This document shows positions 35,900-44,681 of a stretch of 64,000 nucleotides of DNA, one piece after another; the stretch's first letter is position 1; each line of letters starts with the position of its first letter. Source of the stretch: Candidatus Omnitrophota bacterium (lineage in GTDB: Bacteria; Omnitrophota; Gorgyraeia; Zapsychrales; Fredricksoniimonadaceae); the NCBI GenBank assembly GCA_015233675.1, contig JADFXH010000002.1, forward strand, positions 14,794-78,793, written 5' to 3'. Both the position numbers and the translations under genes were made by a program. Under the pieces are notes generated by a model. That model was not told where the DNA came from, made no database searches, and saw only the letters and a program-made list of their open reading frames with translations.

Positions 35900-35926
35900 C
35901 AGATTCTAATATCCTCCCGCCAGTGG
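35900..35926 (+). repeat. 27-nt direct repeat, right copy, followed by a degenerate copy of the leader promoter
   Basis: See 28554-28580. The downstream GTTACAT...TTTATACT (35940-35968) parallels TTGACAT...TTTATAAT of copy 1. Confidence 0.6.
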
Positions 35927-36026
35927 CCCCATATGTAACAGTTACATTAAGTAATCTTAGTTTATACTGGAGATTTTTGGGAAGATCTATTAAATTGCAG
36001 TATACGCGTTTGCTTCAGTATTTGTA

Positions 36027-36054
36027 TTGACATTGTTTTTGTATTTTATATAAT
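36027..36054 (+). promoter_or_regulatory. Candidate promoter of the winged-helix regulator / downstream glycan operon
   Basis: TTGACA-N16-TATAAT, the same 16-nt spacer as the leader promoters. Confidence 0.5.
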
Positions 36055-36072
36055 GTTCATTAATTGAACATT
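36052..36072. promoter_or_regulatory. Inverted repeat AATGTTCA-N5-TGAACATT overlapping the -10/+1 region (candidate operator)
   Basis: Perfect 8-bp arms between the -10 hexamer and ATG 36076 of the regulator gene. Confidence 0.45.
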
Positions 36073-36075
36073 CCT

Positions 36076-36648
36076 ATGAATGCCTCTAAAGACCCCCTTA
36101 ATGAACGCGATTTTGAATTGATCAATATTGTCGGTGGTCAATTAGCCTCTAACCAGCGCGACCTTTCCCGTTATATGAACCTTTCTTTAGGAATGACCAA
36201 TATGCTTTTAAAGCGTTTGGTTACTAAAGGTTATATCCGTATTAAACAGCTTGACCGTCGAAAAGTTGAATATTTCCTGACTCCAAAAGGATTTGCTGAA
36301 AAGATGCGCAAGTCTGTCAAATACACGCTAAAAACCATTAGTTCCATAGGTTTAATTAAAAAACAACTTTTAGATATTCTTGGAAATCTTTATGCAAAAG
36401 GCCATAGGAAATTTTATGTTTTGGGAGATTCGGATTTCGCTCAATTGGTGGAGAGCGCTTTAATACAGTCTCAATGGGGAGGGGTTGAAGTTGGCCGGGT
36501 TAAATCTTTATCGGAAAATCCTGATGGTTTGGTGCTTATTTGCAGGGAAGATGAAAACAGCCCGGAATTAAGCGGGGAGCGTTATGTGGATTTGATTAAA
36601 GAGTTAGCTAGCCGGGAGAATAACGAATTTGAAGCGGTAGAAAGGTAA
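36076..36648 (+). CDS. Winged-helix (MarR-like) transcriptional regulator with an uncharacterised C-terminal domain
   Basis: QRDLSRYMNLSLGMTNMLLKRLVTKGYIRIKQLDRRKVEYFLTPKG is a wHTH pattern. I prefer ATG 36076 to the TTG at 36064. Confidence 0.65.
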   Translation: MNASKDPLNERDFELINIVGGQLASNQRDLSRYMNLSLGMTNMLLKRLVTKGYIRIKQLDRRKVEYFLTPKGFAEKMRKSVKYTLKTISSIGLIKKQLLDILGNLYAKGHRKFYVLGDSDFAQLVESALIQSQWGGVEVGRVKSLSENPDGLVLICREDENSPELSGERYVDLIKELASRENNEFEAVER

Positions 36649-36653
36649 GGAAG

Positions 36654-37655
36654 ATGGGGAAAAATGTTTTAGTAACCGGAGGAGCGGGTTTTATCGCAAG
36701 TCATCTGGTAGACCGCCTTTTAAATGACGGGCACAATGTCACCGTTATTGATAATTTATCTACCGGACGTATGGCTAATGTTGAACACCATAAAGATAAT
36801 TCGCGGTTTAAATTTATCAAAGCGGATATTGCTGATTTTGAGGAAATTCGAAAGTATTTTCAAGATCAGGCAATTGTATTTCATTTGGCGGCATTGGCAG
36901 ACATAGTGCCTTCGATCGTCAATCCCAGGGGATATTATATTTCGAATGTTTTAGGGACAATGAATGTATTGGAAGCCTCGAGATTAAACGGGGTTGGGAA
37001 GTTTATTTATACAGCATCCTCTTCTTGTTACGGCATTCCTCCAAAGGAGTATTATCCCACATCTGAAACAGCTCCCATCAGCACGGAATATCCTTATGCA
37101 TTGACTAAATTTTTAGGTGAAACCACAGCGTTTCATTGGGCTCGTGTCTATCAGCTTCCTGTTGTGTCTTTACGATTATTCAATGTGTACGGCCCGCGCG
37201 CACGTACTTCAGGGACCTATGGCGCAGTGTTCGGTGTTTTTCTAACCCAGAAACTCAATGGAAAGCCGTATACCATAGTCGGTGACGGCGAGCAGACGCG
37301 TGATTTTATTTACGTCAGCGATGTGGCTGAGGCATTTGTCGCCGCCGGATTTTCTGCCGCAGATGGCGAGATTTTTAATGTGGGGACAGGCAAACCTCAG
37401 AGCATTAATAAACTGGTGTCTCTTTTAGAAGGGGAAAAAGTTTATATCCCTAAAAGGCCCGGAGAGCCGGAATGTACTTGGGCAGACATTCGTAAAATTC
37501 AATCCCAGTTGGGCTGGCAGCCGAAGGTTTCATTTGAAGAAGGTGTCAGTAAGATCCTGAAACACATCGATTATTGGCGCGAGGCTCCGGTGTGGACACC
37601 CGAAAGTATAAAAGAAGCGACACAGGATTGGTTTAAATATTTAATAAGGAGTTAA
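36654..37655 (+). CDS. NAD-dependent sugar-nucleotide epimerase/dehydratase (extended SDR)
   Basis: VTGGAGFIASHL Rossmann motif and YALTK (YxxxK) catalytic motif. Confidence 0.8.
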   Translation: MGKNVLVTGGAGFIASHLVDRLLNDGHNVTVIDNLSTGRMANVEHHKDNSRFKFIKADIADFEEIRKYFQDQAIVFHLAALADIVPSIVNPRGYYISNVLGTMNVLEASRLNGVGKFIYTASSSCYGIPPKEYYPTSETAPISTEYPYALTKFLGETTAFHWARVYQLPVVSLRLFNVYGPRARTSGTYGAVFGVFLTQKLNGKPYTIVGDGEQTRDFIYVSDVAEAFVAAGFSAADGEIFNVGTGKPQSINKLVSLLEGEKVYIPKRPGEPECTWADIRKIQSQLGWQPKVSFEEGVSKILKHIDYWREAPVWTPESIKEATQDWFKYLIRS

Positions 37656-37658
37656 AAA

Positions 37659-38684
37659 ATGAATCAGATTAAGACTGTTTTAGTGACCGGCGGCGCTGGT
37701 TATGTGGGGGCTGTGTTAGTTTCCAAACTTTTAAACAAAGGTTACCGTGTGAAAGTGTTGGATCTGTACACTTATGGTGAGGATATTTTTGACGATATCA
37801 AGGACAAGTCTGATTTGGTTGAAATCAAAGGCGATATCTGTGACCAGGCATTGCTGCGTTCTTCGCTGAAAGGATGTGACGCTGTTATTCACTTGGCTTG
37901 TATTTCCAATGATCCGTCTTTTGAATTAAATCCTGCGCTAAGTTTGAAAGTCAATTATGAAGCTTTTGAACCGCTGGTACGCATTAGTAAAGATAGCGGG
38001 GTCAGACGTTTTATATATGCATCAACCTGCAGTGTGTATGGGGTCAGTGATGCTCCCGAAGTTACTGAAGATCACCCTCTGCTGCCCATCACGGATTACA
38101 ACAAATATAAGGGAATGTGTGAACCGGTTTTATCAAAATATCAATCACCGGAATTTACAACGGTCACCATACGCCCGGCTACGGTTTGCGGATACTCTCC
38201 CCGTCAGCGTTTTGATCTGACAGTCAATATCTTGACCAATCATGCCTATCATAACAACCGTATCAAGGTTTTTGGAGGTAAACAAGAGCGTCCCAACATC
38301 CATATCGGGGATATTACTGATTTGTATGTACAGTTATTAGAACTGCCTGATGCCAAAATTGCCGGTAAAATTTATAATGCCGGCTATCAGAATCGGTCAG
38401 TTGCGGATATTGCCTTGATAGTACAGAAAATAATGGCCCGGGAATTTCCGCAACGGCCTCAACCTACTATTGAAACTTTGCCATCAGATGATATACGTTC
38501 TTACAGGATCTCTTCCGAGAAAATTAAAAAAGAGTTGGGCTTTGTTCCCCGCTTTACCATTGAAGATGCGGTACGCGATTTGATCAAGGCATTCCGTGCT
38601 GACAAGTATCAGGATTCACTTAATAATCCCCGTTATTTTAACATCAAAATGCTTAAATCTTTGGAGGCTGGGGTTCATGGATGA
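37659..38684 (+). CDS. NAD-dependent sugar-nucleotide epimerase/dehydratase (extended SDR)
   Basis: VTGGAGYVGAVL and YNKYK motifs. Confidence 0.8.
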   Translation: MNQIKTVLVTGGAGYVGAVLVSKLLNKGYRVKVLDLYTYGEDIFDDIKDKSDLVEIKGDICDQALLRSSLKGCDAVIHLACISNDPSFELNPALSLKVNYEAFEPLVRISKDSGVRRFIYASTCSVYGVSDAPEVTEDHPLLPITDYNKYKGMCEPVLSKYQSPEFTTVTIRPATVCGYSPRQRFDLTVNILTNHAYHNNRIKVFGGKQERPNIHIGDITDLYVQLLELPDAKIAGKIYNAGYQNRSVADIALIVQKIMAREFPQRPQPTIETLPSDDIRSYRISSEKIKKELGFVPRFTIEDAVRDLIKAFRADKYQDSLNNPRYFNIKMLKSLEAGVHG

Positions 38685-40212
38685 TAAGACAATTAAAAAA
38701 ATTTTACCGCTTAAAGAAATAGCCAAACGCATTGAGGATATTAAAAACAAGGGTAAGAAAGTGGTGCAATGCCACGGCGTGTTTGATATTGTCCATTTGG
38801 GGCATATCCGTCATTTTAATATGGCCAAAAAAGAAGGGGATGTTTTGCTCGTGACGCTGACCGCCGACCGTTATGTTAAACGGGGTCCCGGCCGGCCGAT
38901 TTTCAATGAACAATTACGGGCCGAGTATTTGGCTTCTCTTTCAATAGTAGATTATGTTGGGATCGTCAATGCAGAAACTGCCACGGAAAGCCTCAAGATT
39001 TTAAAACCGAATCTTTATGCCAAGGGGTTAGAGTACAAGAATCATAAGCAGGATGTCACCGGGAAGATTTCCGAAGAAGAAGAGGCTATCAAATCGGTGG
39101 GCGGTAAAATTGTTTACACGGATGATATTACTTTCAGTTCTTCAAAAATCATTAATAGTTATCTGGACGTTTTTCCCCAGCGTACGGTGAGGTATCTTCA
39201 GGCCATTGAGAAACGCTATCCGGTTGAAAGCATCGTTGAATCAATTGAAAAGTTAAAGAAGCTTAAAGTGCTCGTGATCGGGGACGCCATTATCGACGAG
39301 TATCATTATTGCGTGCCCATGGGAAAATCTTCCAAGGAACATTTAGTTGTCAACCGCTACACTTCAGAGGAAATGTTTGCCGGAGGGGGTTTAGCTACGG
39401 CCAATAATGTGGCCAGCCTCTGCGGCCAGGTGGACCTGGTGACTGTTTTGGGGCGCCAGGATTCAAAGGAAGATTTTATTCGCAGCCGTTTAGCCCCCAA
39501 TATCAGGCCGCGTTTTTTTTACCGTCCTGATACTAATACGATTATCAAACGCCGCTTTGTTTCCGAGGGCAATAATCGTAAGCTTTTTGAAGTTTGTTTT
39601 ATGCATGATAATGATATTCCCAAAAGGGAAGAATCCCATATTGCCCGTCATTTAGAAAAAGTCCTGGGTAATTATGATTTAGTGGTTGTTTCCGATTTTG
39701 GCCATGGCTTATTGACAAAAAAGCTAATCGATATTATTTGCTCAAAGGCCAAGTACCTGGCTGTCAATGCCCAAACAAACAGCGCTAATATCGGTTTTAA
39801 TATGGTGACCAAATACCCTCGCGCTAACTGTGTTTGTATCGATGAGCTTGAGCTGCGTTTCGCGGCGCATGATAAATTCAGCGATCCCCGCCACCTGGCT
39901 AAAAATGTTTATGAGCAGATCGGATGCGAACATATTATTACTACTAGAGGGGCTCTTGGTTCATTATGTTATTCACGTCAAGATGGATTTCATGAAACAC
40001 CGGCTTTCGCTTATCGCGTGGTGGACGCCATAGGTGCAGGGGACGCATTTTTTGCTTTTGTGGCGCCGTGTTTTGCCGGGGGCATGCCCCAGGAACTGGT
40101 ATCTTTTATAGGTAATGCAGTTGGTTCTTTGGCCGTACAGATTGTTTGTAACCGGGAGCCGGTTAAGAATGTGGATTTAATGAAATTTATAACGAGATTA
40201 TTGAAATATTAG
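38677..40212 (+). CDS. Bifunctional nucleotidyltransferase (RfaE-II/TagD-like, N-terminal) + PfkB sugar kinase (C-terminal); domain order reversed relative to HldE
   Basis: N-terminal HGVFDIVHLGHIRHF (HxGH) cytidylyl/adenylyltransferase motif. C-terminal PfkB signature DAIGAGDAF. ATG 38677 overlaps the upstream stop by 8 nt. Confidence 0.75.
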   Translation: MDDKTIKKILPLKEIAKRIEDIKNKGKKVVQCHGVFDIVHLGHIRHFNMAKKEGDVLLVTLTADRYVKRGPGRPIFNEQLRAEYLASLSIVDYVGIVNAETATESLKILKPNLYAKGLEYKNHKQDVTGKISEEEEAIKSVGGKIVYTDDITFSSSKIINSYLDVFPQRTVRYLQAIEKRYPVESIVESIEKLKKLKVLVIGDAIIDEYHYCVPMGKSSKEHLVVNRYTSEEMFAGGGLATANNVASLCGQVDLVTVLGRQDSKEDFIRSRLAPNIRPRFFYRPDTNTIIKRRFVSEGNNRKLFEVCFMHDNDIPKREESHIARHLEKVLGNYDLVVVSDFGHGLLTKKLIDIICSKAKYLAVNAQTNSANIGFNMVTKYPRANCVCIDELELRFAAHDKFSDPRHLAKNVYEQIGCEHIITTRGALGSLCYSRQDGFHETPAFAYRVVDAIGAGDAFFAFVAPCFAGGMPQELVSFIGNAVGSLAVQIVCNREPVKNVDLMKFITRLLKY

Positions 40213-40251
40213 GGTGTTTGAAGATTCGGACATGTTAAAGCAATAATGGCT

Positions 40252-40276
40252 CCCCCTCTTTCTTATAAAGAGGGGG
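40252..40276 (+). terminator. 10-bp GC-rich hairpin followed by a G-rich tail (no U-tract)
   Basis: CCCCCTCTTT-CTTAT-AAAGAGGGGG, then TTAGGGGGAG. Same style as 4841-4875. Confidence 0.3.
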
Positions 40277-40288
40277 TTAGGGGGAGTT

Positions 40289-40906
40289 GTGGGTATAGTC
40301 GTAGGTGTTGATTTTGACAATACACTGCTTAATTACGATGATGTGTTTTTTCACAGAGCTTTGGATTTAGGCTTGATTAATGATAGTGCGGTTTTACATA
40401 AGAGGCAGTTGAGGGAACGGATAAGACTTTTGCCTGATGGGGAATTATTATGGCAGCAAATACAGGCGTATGTTTATACAAAAGGTATTGTTCAAGCGCA
40501 TTTGATCAACGGGGTTAAAGAATTTTTTATTTCTTGTTGCCGGGAGGATGTTCGAACATTTATTGTAAGCCATAAAACCATGTATGCTCCAGTTGCACCT
40601 AACCAGATTAATTTACGGGAAAGGGCATTGGATTGGATGAAAGCCAATGGCTTCTTTGATCGGATGGGGATGGGGTTAAACATAACCCAAGTTTATTTTG
40701 AATCAACCAGAAAAGAGAAAATTGAAAGGATTAAAGTTCTGGGCTGTACGCATTTTATCGATGACTTACAGGAAGTTTTCCTGGAAGATGAATTTCCATC
40801 GGGAGTGAAGAAAGTGCTTTACTCGCCTGATTTGGAGAAGCCAGTCAGGGGAGATATCGTCGTAGCAGATAGCTGGAGAAAAATTCATGAGTGCGTTTTT
40901 AACTGA
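40289..40906 (+). CDS. HAD-superfamily phosphatase-like protein
   Basis: GTG start. Motif I VGVDFDNTL, plus a downstream FIDD motif. Confidence 0.6.
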   Translation: MGIVVGVDFDNTLLNYDDVFFHRALDLGLINDSAVLHKRQLRERIRLLPDGELLWQQIQAYVYTKGIVQAHLINGVKEFFISCCREDVRTFIVSHKTMYAPVAPNQINLRERALDWMKANGFFDRMGMGLNITQVYFESTRKEKIERIKVLGCTHFIDDLQEVFLEDEFPSGVKKVLYSPDLEKPVRGDIVVADSWRKIHECVFN

Positions 40907-41954
40907 CCTTCAATATACACCGGCAGAGATAGCCAAGATGGCAGGGGAATTAATGGGCCAACCTGTGACATCTGCAGAACCTGTCAGTAAGGGGGCTAAC
41001 AGCAGGGTTTATCGATTAAGGTCTTCTTTAGGGAATTATGTTATGAAATTTTATTTTCAACACCCTAAAGATACCCGGGACCGGCTGGGGACAGAATTTA
41101 GAAGTATGTCTTTTTTATGGGCCCAGGGCATTCGTCAGGTTCCTCAGCCGCTGAATGCCTGGGACAAGCATGCCTGTGCGGTGTACACGCTGGTAGAAGG
41201 TGTTTCTCCTCTAGGGCAAATATTAGACGCCGATTTTGATCAGGCCATTGATTTTTTAAAAATTCTTAAAGGCTTGACTAAATCTATCGCCAGCAAAGAA
41301 TTTGCTCCGGCCTCGGAAGCCTTTTTTTGTGCTAAGGACATCGTCAACAGCTTAAAGGCGCGTTTAAAGCGGTTTAATTTTGATGATACTGCCGATGAAT
41401 ATTTAGCCTTACGGAAATATTTACAGAATGAATTTATCCCTTTATTAGAGGATGTTGAGTTGTGGTCAAAAGAATATTTAGCCGGGCAGGGAGTGTTATG
41501 GGAACAGGAGCTTTTAGATCAATACCGGACACTAAGTCCCGCGGATTTCGGATTTCATAATGCTTTACGCACCCCGGCAGGGAGGATGGTTTTTTTAGAT
41601 TTTGAATATTTTGGTTGGGATGACCCCGTTAAATTGGTTGCGGATTTTGTGTGGCATCCAGCCATGAGCTTAACACAAGCACAGAAAGAAAAATTCATGC
41701 ATCAGATGCAGAGTTTTTTTGATGATGACCCGCAATTCCGGACTAGACTAAAAGCATTCTTCCCGTTGTTTGGTTTGAAATGGTGTTTAATTTTTTTAAA
41801 TGAGTTTGTTGCTGTTGATATGCAGCGCCGGGGTTTCGCCGGAATGGTCGCTCAAGATAAAACGGCAGTTCGTCTAAAGCAGCTAGCCAAGGCCAAGGCC
41901 ATGAGTGATCAGGTTAGATGTTGTTATAAGGAATTCCCATATGGAAAAAAATAA
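40887..41954 (+). CDS. Kinase-like (aminoglycoside/choline kinase, APH-fold) phosphotransferase
   Basis: N-lobe GANSRVYRL...YVMKF. C-lobe PADFGFHNAL...VFLDFEYFGWDDP. Confidence 0.65.
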   Translation: MSAFLTDLQYTPAEIAKMAGELMGQPVTSAEPVSKGANSRVYRLRSSLGNYVMKFYFQHPKDTRDRLGTEFRSMSFLWAQGIRQVPQPLNAWDKHACAVYTLVEGVSPLGQILDADFDQAIDFLKILKGLTKSIASKEFAPASEAFFCAKDIVNSLKARLKRFNFDDTADEYLALRKYLQNEFIPLLEDVELWSKEYLAGQGVLWEQELLDQYRTLSPADFGFHNALRTPAGRMVFLDFEYFGWDDPVKLVADFVWHPAMSLTQAQKEKFMHQMQSFFDDDPQFRTRLKAFFPLFGLKWCLIFLNEFVAVDMQRRGFAGMVAQDKTAVRLKQLAKAKAMSDQVRCCYKEFPYGKK

Positions 41955-42795
41955 GGGCCGACGTATTCTTATTACAGGGGCGGGGGGATTTATTGGCAGT
42001 GCCCTGTTAAAAGAGTTATCCGATTTATCGCCCGTGGCGGTTTATCATAATACCAAGCCTTCAATGGGGTACCATTCATTGAAGTCTGTTGACTTGCGCG
42101 ATGAACAGGCCCTTCGGGTTCTTATGATGGAGCTAAAGCCGGAAATTGTTTATCATTTCGCGGCATTGGCATCTCCTAAACGTAATGAAGAAGACCCTCA
42201 GCTTGCCAGGGAGACACATTTGAAGGTCACAGAGAACTTGGTAAATAATTTGCCGGAAGGCTCGCATATTGTCTTTACTTCGACGGATAAAGTTTTTGAC
42301 GGCTCAGACCCCAATCCGGATGAAAATTCCAAGCCTCATCCAAAGTGGCTTTACGGGCGGCTTAAAGTTGAGTGCGAAAATCTTATACGCAGCCGTGTCC
42401 CAAGGCATCATATCGTGCGATTGCCGATAGTTCATGCGCTTGGTGAAGAATGGGTTTTCAAGACAGGGTCAGCAGGGGGATCATTTATTGATAAGGGCAT
42501 GGCCGATCTGAGACTAGGCAAAAAGGTTGAGGCTTTCAATAATGTCGAGCGCGGGTATGTTCGCATATCACGTTTAGTTGACCTGTTCAAAGTCATGCTT
42601 GAAGATGAACATTATGGCTTGTATCATGTTAGTTCTCCAATGATGAGTTATTACGAACGTATGAAGCAGCTTTGCACACATTGCGGTATTGCCTGGCAGG
42701 ATCTTTTGGTTCCCTCTTTAGGGACAGCGATCCCTATGACACAGAATTTGAATACTGTTAAATTATCATCGACATTTAAGATTGTTTTTGATTAA
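41941..42795 (+). CDS. NAD(P)-dependent sugar reductase/epimerase (RmlD-like SDR)
   Basis: ILITGAGGFIGSAL and YGRLK motifs. I prefer ATG 41941 to the start at 41905. Confidence 0.7.
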   Translation: MEKNKGRRILITGAGGFIGSALLKELSDLSPVAVYHNTKPSMGYHSLKSVDLRDEQALRVLMMELKPEIVYHFAALASPKRNEEDPQLARETHLKVTENLVNNLPEGSHIVFTSTDKVFDGSDPNPDENSKPHPKWLYGRLKVECENLIRSRVPRHHIVRLPIVHALGEEWVFKTGSAGGSFIDKGMADLRLGKKVEAFNNVERGYVRISRLVDLFKVMLEDEHYGLYHVSSPMMSYYERMKQLCTHCGIAWQDLLVPSLGTAIPMTQNLNTVKLSSTFKIVFD

Positions 42796-42816
42796 AAATA
42801 TTTTAAAAGGAGCGTT

Positions 42817-43869
42817 ATGTCCATCCAATATCCTTTTCAATTTCGTGCGGCGATCCTTGAGGAAAACAAAAAGCCTCTTGTTATCAGGAAAATTGAATTC
42901 CCGGGGCCACTTCAGGCAGGGCAAATTCTGGTGAAACTTTTTTACAGCGGTATCTGCGGCAAACAGATCGAGGAGATTGATGCTTCGGCCGGGCCGGACG
43001 CATTTCTTCCTCATTTACTGGGACATGAGGCGTCTGCTGAGGTTTTGGATGCCGGTCCGGGGGTTACGAAGGTAAAGCCCGGTGATCTGGTAGTGCTTCA
43101 TTGGATGAAAGGCAGCGGTATTCATTCTGCTACGCCCTTGTATTATTTTGAAGGTAAACGAATTAACGCAGGATGGGTGACAACATTTAATGAATGTGCG
43201 GTTGTGTCGGAAAATCGTGTGACGCCCATTGACCGTAACGCTGATCTTAAGGTCGCGGCTCTCTTGGGTTGTGTTGCCACAACAGGGGTAGGAGTGGTGG
43301 TTAATGAGGCAAATGTACAGCCTTATGACACTGTTGTGATTTATGGTTGCGGGGGGATTGGCCTTTGCGCGGTCCAAGCGGCGCATATGCGGTATCCGCG
43401 ACGATTGATTGCGGTTGATCTTAATGACCATGCCCTTGAAGTGGCAAAGCAATTTGGGGCAACGGACATTATCAATCCTTCCAGGATTGATCCGGTCAAA
43501 ACTGTGCGTGAACTGACGAAAGGCCAAGGCGCATCCAAGGTGCTTATTACCACGGGGCACCCAAAGGCTGTTGAGCTTGCGATCAATACAACTGCTGTTC
43601 CCGGCGATTGCATCATTGTGGGTGTCCCTCAAAAAGATACGATGATTCCTATAGATGCTTATTCGATTATGCATAAACGGACTCTCCGCGGCACTCTTGG
43701 CGGGAGTATGTGGCCGGATCGGGATATTCCGACGTATTATTCGCTTTATAAAGAGGGAGTCTTGAAGCTGGATAAACTGGTATCATCGGTATTAGAATTT
43801 GACAAAATCAATGAATCCATCAGTAAAATGCGAAGTGGGATGCCGGGACGATGTGTAATTAAATTTTGA
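42817..43869 (+). CDS. Zinc-dependent alcohol dehydrogenase (MDR family)
   Basis: GICGKQ...LGHEASAEV zinc motif and GCGGIG Rossmann motif. Confidence 0.85.
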   Translation: MSIQYPFQFRAAILEENKKPLVIRKIEFPGPLQAGQILVKLFYSGICGKQIEEIDASAGPDAFLPHLLGHEASAEVLDAGPGVTKVKPGDLVVLHWMKGSGIHSATPLYYFEGKRINAGWVTTFNECAVVSENRVTPIDRNADLKVAALLGCVATTGVGVVVNEANVQPYDTVVIYGCGGIGLCAVQAAHMRYPRRLIAVDLNDHALEVAKQFGATDIINPSRIDPVKTVRELTKGQGASKVLITTGHPKAVELAINTTAVPGDCIIVGVPQKDTMIPIDAYSIMHKRTLRGTLGGSMWPDRDIPTYYSLYKEGVLKLDKLVSSVLEFDKINESISKMRSGMPGRCVIKF

Positions 43870-43878
43870 AAGGTAATT

Positions 43879-44655
43879 ATGGATTTGGGATTAAAAGGAA
43901 AGAAAGTATTGATTGTGGGAGCCAGCAAAAATATCGGGGCTGCCATAACCCGATTTTTGGTCAAGGAAGGGGCGGCGGCTTTTTTGGTTTCTCGTGATGA
44001 GGATAAGCTTAAAGCGCTTTGCTCAGAGATTGGAGGCCGAGAGGCGGGGCATAACTATTTGGCAACAGATTTGCGTATGGAAGGTAAGCCCACAGAAGTT
44101 GCCCAAGCTGCCCTTCGCTGGGCGGATGGTGTTGATGTGATTATTCATAATGTCGGCGGGGCTTTAGGTTATAAAGATATACTGGGAGCTCGCAGCGAAT
44201 GGGAAGATGTTTGGCGATTTAATGTTGGCATTGCCATTGAGATAAATCGTATTTTGATTCCCTCCATGCGGCAGAGAAAATGGGGAAGGCTTGTCCATAT
44301 TTCTTCCATGGCGGGTCAACTCGGAGAGCCGCTTAGGCCTTTCGGCGGGGCATTGCCTTATGTGGCTGCCAAGGCGTATTTAAATTCTTATGTCAAAGGG
44401 CTTGGGGCTGCCTTAGCCGTTGACAATGTTGTGGTTTCCGGTGTAATGCCGGGTGTTGTGCTTTCTCAGGGGAAGTTTTGGGAGAAGATGCAACAAAATG
44501 AGCCCCAGCTGGTTAAAGATTTTCTTGATCATTATTGTCCGGCGGGACGTTTTGGAAAACCGGAAGAGATCGCGCCGTTTGTCGTTTTATTGGCATCGGA
44601 ATATGCATCTTTTGCCTCTGGGGCATTGATCCCTTTGAGCGGCGGGCAAGTTTAA
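43879..44655 (+). CDS. Short-chain dehydrogenase/reductase
   Basis: VGASKNIGAAI and YVAAK (YxxxK) motifs. Confidence 0.8.
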   Translation: MDLGLKGKKVLIVGASKNIGAAITRFLVKEGAAAFLVSRDEDKLKALCSEIGGREAGHNYLATDLRMEGKPTEVAQAALRWADGVDVIIHNVGGALGYKDILGARSEWEDVWRFNVGIAIEINRILIPSMRQRKWGRLVHISSMAGQLGEPLRPFGGALPYVAAKAYLNSYVKGLGAALAVDNVVVSGVMPGVVLSQGKFWEKMQQNEPQLVKDFLDHYCPAGRFGKPEEIAPFVVLLASEYASFASGALIPLSGGQV

Positions 44656-44681
44656 TAAATGATTGAAACAATGATGAAAAA

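Noticed and set aside
43015-43674. 219-aa ORF on the minus strand
   Set aside because: It lies entirely inside and antisense to the well-supported Zn-ADH gene (42817-43869). Its composition is low-complexity and Arg/His/Asn-rich, typical of a shadow frame, and it has no SD.
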